DNA of 64,000 bases from Octopus vulgaris (lineage: Eukaryota): NCBI GenBank assembly GCA_951406725.2, contig OX597827.1, positions 81,964,001-82,028,000 of the forward strand. The letters are read 5' to 3'. Position numbers and translations under genes: made by a program. Each line of letters begins with the position of its first letter. Positions within the stretch are counted from its first letter, which is position 1. The notes beneath the pieces are model-generated. The model was given only the letters and a program-made list of their open reading frames with translations. It did not search any database and had not been told where the DNA came from. Shown here one piece after another: positions 55,215 to 64,000 of the stretch.

Positions 55215-56620
55215 TATGATCCAGTACAAATACGGACCAAGTTTATCATAGCAAACAGTACACACATTTGAGACAACCAAAGCTCATCAAGAGATGACGG
55301 GGTGGTGGTGGTGGGGGAGGGGACCAATTCCTTCCTTGGTTCTGTCACAAAAGTGTCAGCTAGCATCAAAGCCATTTTAAAGAATATTGGCTTGGTAGTT
55401 TGTAGGAGGCAGACACTGATGCTGAGCTGCTGAAATGAAGCTCTCTGTTTAAGTTCAGACTCGGTCAACCAATGACAGGTATCACCACCAGGCATTTGTG
55501 CAGCGTTTGCTATGTAATGCTTTACTTTCCCATCTCTTATGCAGTGCTGTAATTCCATTTGATTTGGTTTGTCTACCCTGCATACAGACCCAGGGTAAAA
55601 TAATGGTATAGTAGAAAACATGGAGTAGAAACCCTTGCTCATTTAGCCATAAATAAGTACAATGGAAAACAGTCGTCCAATAGGTACCATGGAGAAGAAA
55701 CATCAGTTCATCTAGCCATAAGTACATACACATATACCATTACCATGTATAATTGTATAGACATACATTCACTATATATATATATGCATACATGGTGGAC
55801 ATATATATATTTATATACACACATGGTAGACATGTAGCCCAGTAGGTTTTATGCCTTTTTTTTCTATCCATCTGTACAAATGATCACAATGGAATTTTGG
55901 AATTTCGGAAATGGTAAATGTGTGGAGCTATTGTCTCAGAGAAAGCATACATAAATCTAGCCAACGGTGTACTACTAGCCTCTGTGATTATTCCAAAAGG
56001 GCTTGGATACAGAAGTATGAATATATCCCTTATGAAGTGCAGTAATGGAGCACTTATACACTACATTTCCCAAAGGCATTGGTTGTTGATTGGACACAGT
56101 GATTTATTTCTAAAATTACTCAAACTAAAGTTAGTACAACTATTTTGTAGGCATATCAGGTCCTACTAGATTATCATTAGTGGTTCTATTAGAATCAAGT
56201 GAGTCAACCTGTTGATCAGTTGCATTATTTATGGTATTGTGGTTCTTTGAAGATTTCAATACAAGGGTAGTGGATGGTTACAGTATTATTAATTATACAA
56301 TTTAACTTTTCACAGTTAAATATTGCTATGCATTTGGCAATATTTTGTGTGGTGGAGTAAGTCAGTTTAACTGTGTAGCCATTGAAATGTTTATGACATG
56401 GGCTGGATGCATGGAAGTGTCTATGTAAAGCTTGGGAAAATTTACCAGCCACATTTGAAGCACCGTTAAAACTGAATGTGGGGTTAAACCACAAAATATG
56501 CTTACATAATTGAATTTTATTTCTAAAATTGTTACTATTAGCAATAGTGTGACCTGGTTAGTATTCAAACAACCTGGTTTACTATGGTAATAGCTATTAT
56601 TTTTAGTCATATTATCCCTT

Positions 56621-56836
56621 TGGCAAGCTGACAGAATGGTTAGCATGCCAAATAAAAATGCTTAGCAGCATTTCAGCTGTCTTTAAGTTCTGAGTTCAAA
56701 TTCTGCTAAGGTTGACTTTGCCATACATCCTTTCAGAGTTAATGAAATAAAAGTACAAATTGAAGACTGGGCTCAATGTAATTGACAAGTTCCTCCTAAA
56801 TTTCAGGAGGAAATCATGCTTAGAATAGAAATAATT
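56621..56836 (+). mobile_element. SINE family B copy nested in the Penelope-like element
   Basis: ggcaagctgacagaatggttagcatgcc...aaatgcttagc...gttctgagttcaaattc...gactttgcc. Confidence 0.85.
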
Positions 56837-56966
56837 ATTTTCATTAGAAATAGTCTTGCTGTTATTATTTGAATTGTCAATTCAGTTCAGTTCTATATTT
56901 AAGAGATGAAAAATCATGTGCATTATTTACATTTGACAGATATTTGTCCTCATCTTGTTTGTTGTT

Positions 56967-57012
56967 GACACAACATTTCAGCTGATATTCCCTCCAGCCA
57001 TCATCAGGTGTC
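56967..57012 (-). ncRNA. Minimal type I hammerhead motif (left arm)
   Basis: GACAC CTGATGA t GGCTG gagggaatat CAGCT GAAA T G TT GTGTC; probable CpG decay in stems II and III. Confidence 0.65.
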
Positions 57013-57326
57013 TTGGGGAAATTTCAAACTTGGGTTCTCATTCCTAAGGTATTTTCTGATGTTGTTGTTATTATTATTATTGTTATTCAGGCCATTGCCT
57101 GGAATCGAACTTGGAATCTTGGGGTTAGTAGCCCATGCTCTTAACCACTACGCTATATGCCCACGAGCATATAGCGTAGTGGTTAAGAGCACGGGCTACT
57201 AACCTCAAGATTCCAAGTTCAATTCCAAGCAGTGACCTGAATAATAAGAAGAAGAGGAGTAATGATAAGAAGAAGCACATTGAAAAATACCTTAGGAATG
57301 AGAACCCAGGTTCAAAATTTCCCCAA

Positions 57327-57372
57327 GACACCTGATGAAGGCTGCAGGTTATATCAGCCGAAATGTTGTGTC
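57327..57372 (+). ncRNA. Minimal type I hammerhead motif (right arm)
   Basis: GACAC CTGATGA a GGCTG caggttatat CAGCC GAAA T G TT GTGTC. Stems I and II are perfect, stem III is vestigial (likely ancestral GAAACGTT). Predicted cleavage after 57367. Confidence 0.72.
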
Positions 57373-58221
57373 AACAACAAACAAGAAGAGGACAAATATC
57401 CATCAAATGTAAACAATGTCAATTCAGTTATCTTTTATTTCTTTTATATTGTCAGTATTCATTTGATGGGTGGTATTTGAAACCTTATTCCTATTCTTCC
57501 TGCCATTCTTTAAATCCTTCTTAATGCTGGGGTTTCTCTCACAAACATTATTAACATTATTATAATCCCCAAACTGAAATAATCCTCATTATTGTTGTGA
57601 CTGTACTTAGTCCTATATAATATTTGAAATTTACAACCACGAGACTCTAATCCTATCGTTACTCTCTTTGCTTATTCTTCCACTTGCACTGCAGTTTTGT
57701 TTGCTTTCATATCTGTTTTATTAGCATTTTCCTGCATTGTCATTTTTGTCATAAGGACTAGAATTAGTATAAATTTAAGTAGGAAGTCCAGTATAGAATC
57801 CCACACAGTAACAAGTGATAGGAATATCACTGCTGTTCGGAAGGTAAGTTAATTTTTCTTTACAACTAGCCCTAGGTTAGTAATAGCTGGTATTTTGGTT
57901 GACGATGTCAATGTTAGCTGAAAGCATGGAGAGATGGGGCGGGGAAAACTATTATTATACAACGTATCATAGGTCTGGGGTGATTCAAAAGGTGATTAGC
58001 ATAAGTCAGATATTCATTCAGTCAGTTTATGGAAGAGCCTGAAAAGACTTGTGTTTAGTTTGAGAGTAACATCTAGAAAGTTAGCTATATTTTAGTTTAC
58101 ATTAAAGGTAACTGACAAACCTACAATTTAAAAGTGTTGTATAAATCACTTATTAATTCTTTCATAGGTAGCATTATTATAATTTCAGATGATGAATACA
58201 GTATCATCTTTGTATGGACTG

Positions 58222-58262
<41 letters not shown>

Positions 58263-59460
58263 TGCATGCACATTCATGAGGGTGATCTATGATTTACAAA
58301 TTCCTGTCTCCTCCTCATCATCATCATTATGACTATTGTTCAGGTGTGAATGTGACAAATGTTTTTTTTTCTTTTCTTACAACTTACTTACAAAAGAGGA
58401 ACAGTGACCTTTAAATTTATTGGTCTCCTGTCACCAACATGTGGGGTTGCAAGGGGTTGATTTTTCCATGAATATGGGGTGGGGATGGTAACCTTCCACA
58501 GATGGAAGATGTTGAGGGGGTGGAATGTGTGTAGTAGAGAGAGAAGATTATAGCAGAGTTTGATTTGAGGGAGTGTTGGCTGCTATTCCTAGTAGGCCAC
58601 AGCTATTATTTCTAGCAAATTAAGTGACTGTTGAGAGGAGTCCTAACTACTTGAAAGGAGCAGTAGTGGTAGTAGAAGTGAAGGAGGGAGAGGGGGAGAC
58701 ACGTTACCTGTGGATTTTATCACTTCACCTTGAATGATATTTAGTATCCAGGTTATGTGCCACACTGTCACACACTCTGACAACACTTTGCTGTGTACCA
58801 GAGAAACCCCCGTTACAAAGCCATAATGTAGTCACCTGGCCTGCTAGGAATAGCAGCAAAATGCCTTCACATCACATCAGCCATCCTAAGGAAAGGAGGA
58901 CACATTGTCTTATGCAGTGCTAGATATAGAAAGAGATGGAAGGGTGAAGATGGGAACGTGTTTGGTCAGAGGGTGAGTTGAGGCTAAACAACATCAGAAC
59001 AGTGAATTATGGTACACTACAAACTATCATAGAATACACCAGGGTCATTTGGTATACCACAACGTAACGCAAAACACCACAATGTGTTACACCACATCAG
59101 TGTGTTACAAGACACTATGGAGTATCACAACATGCCAAAATGTCTAACAACACACCATGCTGTATCACAACATTCCGTAATGTGCCGCAACACTCCACAA
59201 CACATTATGTTACATCCTGCCATCTTAGTTGCGTCTCATTATTTCTTCACAGGCAACTGAGTGCCATGGCAGAGCCAAGTATGTCATGACATATCAAAGC
59301 ATGTTTCGTGACACATCGCAGGATTTCTGAGAAAACCACAGCATGCCGTGGCACGCTCCAAGCCCCATGGCACACTACAAATTCTTGATAAATAGAAACT
59401 GTGAATGCTATATCCCCCCCACTCTCTCCATTACCAATGTTGCCTCTCTCTCTCCCCATA

Positions 59461-59496
<36 letters not shown>

Positions 59497-59744
59497 CACG
59501 ACTACTACTGCTGCTACTGCGACCACTGTTATACTACTTGTGCAGTAGTGCAGCAGTGTTGTGTACATGTGCATTCACTGCAGCCCCCACCACCTCTGAC
59601 CTATCAACTACCTTCTGCCATTAATCCGTCTTTGGAGAAGGAATAAAAAGAATTACTTTGCTAAAATTAGAATCAAAGTCAATACTTTCCCAAAATTCCA
59701 CCAATAACAATAATAATAATAATAAGAAGAAGACTCCTTTCTTA

Positions 59745-59931
59745 TTTTGATAGGAGGAAGTTGATTGCATTGACCCCATTATGCAACTGGTACTTATTTT
59801 ATTGACCCCGAAAAGGTGAAAAGCAACATCAACCTGCCACCCTCAGTAGAGTTTGAACTCAGAACATAAAGGCAAATGAAATGCCACTAAATATTTTGTT
59901 CAGCAGCTAACAATTCTGCCAGCTCAGCCTT
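59745..59931 (-). mobile_element. SINE family B copy
   Basis: Reverse-complement match to 62883-63100. Confidence 0.8.
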
Positions 59932-60994
59932 TGTGGAATAATGAATGATGATGATGTGAGAGGTATAGGGGAAATAGCAATGTACGAGGACCTGGCCATT
60001 GAGTGAGAGAGGCTGTGGAGCGTGCAGCAGGCTTGTTGTGTCGTTGTTGTTTAAAGGTGCATTGGAAACTGTAACGATGAAAACAATAGCAATGGTAGCC
60101 TCATGCTTGATGATGATGATGATGATGGAGAGCAACAGAGACTGTGTGAAATGGTAGTGATTTTGATACGATGTGAGAGGCTGAAACGAAAACATAGATA
60201 AACAATGTCCCAACAGCAGAGAGAGAGAGAGAGAGAGAGAGGGAGACAGCCCTGTTGGCCCAACTGGGGAAACTCATGGAGAGAATAGGCGTTAAATATC
60301 AACAATTACAGCTGAAAAAAGAAAAAAAGGAAAAAGCAAATTACACAGAGTGTTTATTCACTTGAAATGGTGTTGTTGCTGCTGTTGTGAGAAATATACG
60401 AAGAGGTGTTTGTTGTTATTTACTGCGAACCTGCCATCTTTAACTACTACAGCCTCTTCCACTATCATTATTTGGCAGTTAATCTAGCTAGTGAGATGAT
60501 TGGTTGATATAAATTATAGAATTATCACTATCTTGTGGCTTTGTTCGGCTTTCTTCACATCTACTCAAATGTTCTGTATGCCTTGTGCGTGTGTAGGTGT
60601 ATAGATGTATGTGTATAGATGTATGTGTAGATATGTGCCTGGCTGTGTGGAAATGTATGTTTAGATGTTTCTAAATATTGTAGATGGGTCCGTGTGTAAG
60701 ACAGACAGACAGACGTATGGGTATTTACACAGTACAATGTAGTTCATGTGAGTGATATGTTAATCAGATTGCACAACAACTCAACAGGTAGTGGGTGCTA
60801 TGACTTTATGTCTCTGAGAAGTGAACAGACAGGAAGAAATGGCATCGAATATGATATATACACATATATGTATGTACATGCATACACACTCATGTATACA
60901 TAATATATACATATATAAATATAAATGTATATATATGTGTGTATGTTTGTATGTGTGTGTATATATATATGTGTGTGTGTGTGTGTATCGACAG

Positions 60995-61043
60995 CAAATG
61001 ATTCTAAAACCACATCAAAATGATGTGGTTTTAGAGTCATTTG
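60995..61043. repeat. Near-perfect 23-bp hairpin/palindrome
   Basis: caaatgattctaaaaccacatca-aaa-tgatgtggttttagagtcatttg, with one G-U pair. Confidence 0.9.
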
Positions 61044-61157
61044 ATGCTTATATCTAGCATAGGGATGCTGTTTTCTCAGTCCCCTTAATCATAATTATAT
61101 CTATATAATTATATATCTGTATACATACACGTATATATATGTATATATATATATATC

Positions 61158-61213
<56 letters not shown>

Positions 61214-61339
61214 CATATGTACATACACACACAGTTTTATTAAAGCTGCAAAATTATGACAAGGCTGTTATTCTGCGTTTCACATATTCCCGTTTGTCGA
61301 ACAATTGTGATAAAAACTGAATTAAAATTTTGATGCTAC

Positions 61340-61475
61340 ATGTAATACATGTGATTATATGTAATACATGTGATTATATGTAATACATGTGATTATATGT
61401 AATACATGTGATTATATGTAATACATGTGATTATATGTAATACATGTGATTATATGTAATACATGTGATTATATG
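61340..61475. repeat. 19-bp minisatellite, 7 perfect copies
   Basis: Unit atgtaatacatgtgattat. Confidence 0.95.
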
Positions 61476-61838
61476 GGATGTAATTGAAAATACACGAATA
61501 AACTTTTAAATTTGACTGGGTGGTTGGTTTTCAAAATATAACAGTGTTATATTTGTTACCAGCTGGGTAATTAGGGTGGTTTGAAAATTACCTGTCAGGT
61601 GTATATAAATATATATATTACGAAAAAAAATCATGCTGAAAGCGGAGGAAAAAGTCCAGAAAACACATATATATATATACACATATATAATAATAATAAT
61701 AATTGTGTACAGTGCTCAGGTGCACTACAACTCATCTAAAGTGTATATATAATCAGGTGTATATATATGAGTAACATCCTAGATCCATATATAACCTGGA
61801 TTTTATCTACTTCATTCCTTAAATTTGGATATGTATGT

Positions 61839-61885
<47 letters not shown>

Positions 61886-62106
61886 CACACACCAGTGCAT
61901 ACAAAATATATACTGTACTATAATAGACACAATACAGTCATATGATATATTTGTTGCCAGTTAACTGCACACATCATCATCATATTCATCATTTTAATAA
62001 CCATTTTTCCATTGAAAATAAATGAAATACGTTGTATGATTGTGAAGTTTGTTTACATCTGTTGCATGATCTTAAGATAAGGAGATACAAACACACACAC
62101 ACACAA

Positions 62107-62200
62107 CAGGCTTCTTTCAGTTTCCATCTGCCAGATACCCTCATAAACCTCTAGTTGGCTCAAGGCTCTAGTAGAAATCACTTGCTCAAGGTGTCACAGA
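62107..62200 (-). mobile_element. SINE family C fragment
   Basis: caggcttctttcagtttccatctgcc...gtagaaatcacttgctcaaggtgtcacag matches 42238-42330. Confidence 0.7.
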
Positions 62201-62882
62201 ATCCTATCATTCGTTGCCAAAATTCTGTGGGGAACATGTCTGGGCAATGGGGAAATATTTACGTTGCCTGGAGGCAGGTGAAGACTGGTGACAGGAAGGG
62301 CATCCAGCTGTAAAAAATCTGCCAAAACATATTCCATCCACTCCTTGATATGTGTGTAAGTATATATATATCTATATGTATGTTTATATATGTGTATTTT
62401 AAAACTTGAGTTTCATAAACAAGATACATTTAACCAGATAGTCATCAAACCCAATGTGCTACACACAGACACTAACTTGCACACATCATCATCATTATCA
62501 TTATTTTACATTCATTTTCTATGCTGGCACAAGTTGGATGGTTTGACAGAATGCAACAGGTCAGCTAACGATGTCTTGCTCCAACATCCAAGTCATCACA
62601 TGGCTTTTACGACCCTTCTGAATCCCAGCCACTGAGAACAGTTTCCCATGGCACTAGCACTACAGAAGTTGTCCAGTCAATAACAAGGCTAGAGATTTCT
62701 CTCAGCCCCTCTATTGCTCCTACATGGTTTGGTTTACCAACATTTGGAAGGTTATACTGGGTCCTTTGTCTGTGGAGCCATTAATAGAAGGGCCAACTTG
62801 TAGCTGACGTTTGATGAAAGAGCAGAAATTAAAGTACGATGGTAGAAACAACTTTATTATTATTATTGTGAGAGGATGAATA

Positions 62883-63100
62883 AGGTGGTGAGCTGGCTGA
62901 ATTGTTAGCACCCTGGGTGAAATGCTTAGCAGTATTTCATCTGTCTCATGTTCTGAGTTCAAATTCCACCGAGGTCGACTTTGCCTTTCATCCTTTCAGG
63001 ATTTATAAAAATAACTACCAGTTGCACACTGGGGACAATGTAATCGATTTAACCCCTCCCCCAAAATGTCAAGCCTTGTGCCTTTAGTAGAAAGGATTAT
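62883..63100 (+). mobile_element. SINE family B, full-length
   Basis: aggtggtgagctggctgaattgttagcacc...gttctgagttcaaattccaccgaggtcgactttgcctttcatcctttc...ccttgtgcctttagtagaaaggattat. Confidence 0.88.
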
Positions 63101-64000
63101 GAAAGGATGGTAGTGGAGAGAGAACAGTATTAGGGAAAGGGTAATAACAGGGGGGTCGGGGAGAAGGGAGGAGGAAAAGAAACGCATTGGTAAGATGATA
63201 TAATGAACATGTTGTGTAATCCCTATCCTCCATCCAAGACATTGTTTTAATCAAGTCCTGTCTCTTCTTTATTTCTGTATCTTTTGGAGTTTGAGGATAA
63301 TTGCATTTTGTCCCCTCACCATTTCTGTGGGTTTAGTTTTGTTTGCAAATTGCTGAAAATACCACACTTGTGAGTATTCATTCACACCCTGAGTGCAATG
63401 ACAGTATGGTCTCGTAAAGAAGTGCTTCTTTGCACCTCTTTAATGGATGATGGTGATTACACAGCATTAATTGTACCATCTCACCAATGTACGATGAATG
63501 TAAAAATGGGTCGAAACAATTGTAGTGGTTTTCAATCATGAATGTTGTTCTCTCTATTTTCTGTAATTTATCTATTTATATAAACTCTACAGATACTGTG
63601 AAATCCCTGATGCATGTCCAGTAGCTGGAGCATTTCCATGGTATGATGATATCTGGTAGCCAATAACTGTGGATGAGCTTTGTATAGTATTCTACAAGGG
63701 TTTTACCCAAATATTACTTGTATATGTGTATATATATATAAATAAAGAAACATCTAGACAAACTAACACATACACAACCCACGGCACACAATGAACCATG
63801 CACACTGACAGACAATACTCTGCTCAATCACACTCCTATCAAACCCTATTTAGTTTACTCTTTACTCTTTATTCTCTACTTCTGCTCAGTCAGCAGCTAA
63901 ACTTGTAAACCAATATTTTTGGAGTTTGATGATAATTGCATCTTCTCACCAAGATTGTCATTTTTTATTTTGTTCCTGTAAATGTGTATGTGTGCATATA

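Larger units (their letters stand above)
56888..57416. mobile_element. Head-to-head palindromic tRNA-derived SINE dimer carrying hammerhead motifs; 13-bp TSD
   Basis: Arms 56921-57160 and 57167-57418 are reverse complements. Divergent tRNA-like heads (A box TAGCGTAGTGG, loop CTACTAA, B box GTTC(G/A)ATTCC). TGTCAATTCAGTT is repeated at 56875-56887 and 57417-57429. Confidence 0.9.
55820..58221 (-). pseudogene. Decayed Penelope-like retroelement (RT C-half, linker, GIY-YIG), probably Naiad-type, with nested insertions
   Basis: In order on the minus strand: YKDD (58203-58214), GLSVTF...ANFLDVTLKL, LTYANHLLNHP, WFNPTFS...HFH...HKHFNGYTVKLTYS..QNI (56494-56310), SNFRNKSLCPINNQCL/VVYKCSIT, GYIHT...NHR and STPLARF. 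Confidence 0.85.

Noticed and set aside
57089-57238. Pair of tRNA genes (CT-ACT-AA loop)
   Set aside because: Acceptor and anticodon stems pair poorly and the sequence continues into a SINE body. These are SINE heads, as at 12300-12375 and 39496-39570.
60245-60365. Protein-like + strand frame ALLAQLGKLMERIGVKYQQLQLKK and a strong minus-strand acceptor near 60311
   Set aside because: No usable acceptor on +, and all three minus frames stop shortly after the acceptor. No family recognised.

Overview
Animal nuclear DNA, AT-rich and saturated with microsatellites ((TA)n, (CA)n, (GA)n, trinucleotides) and transposon relics. The SINE repertoire looks like octopus (coleoid cephalopod); this is inferred from recognition and not checked against a database. 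No intact host protein-coding gene can be supported, and nearly all ORF-track entries are microsatellite artefacts. Recognisable content: several tRNA-headed SINE families, decayed LINEs (CR1/L2-like, RTE, R4/Dong), two mariner relics (one a fold-back MITE), a piggyBac-type MITE, minisatellites and two decayed Penelope-like elements (RT YKDD motif, WFNP linker, GIY-YIG remnants). The most interesting signal is a set of minimal type I hammerhead ribozyme motifs. One complete motif lies at 28764-28823. A pair is carried in the tails of a head-to-head palindromic tRNA-derived SINE (56888-57416, 13-bp TSD) inserted inside a Penelope-like element. Three partial or decayed motifs also occur. Together these suggest a Penelope-dependent, ribozyme-bearing non-autonomous retroelement system. 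Repeat boundaries were set by eye and are approximate.
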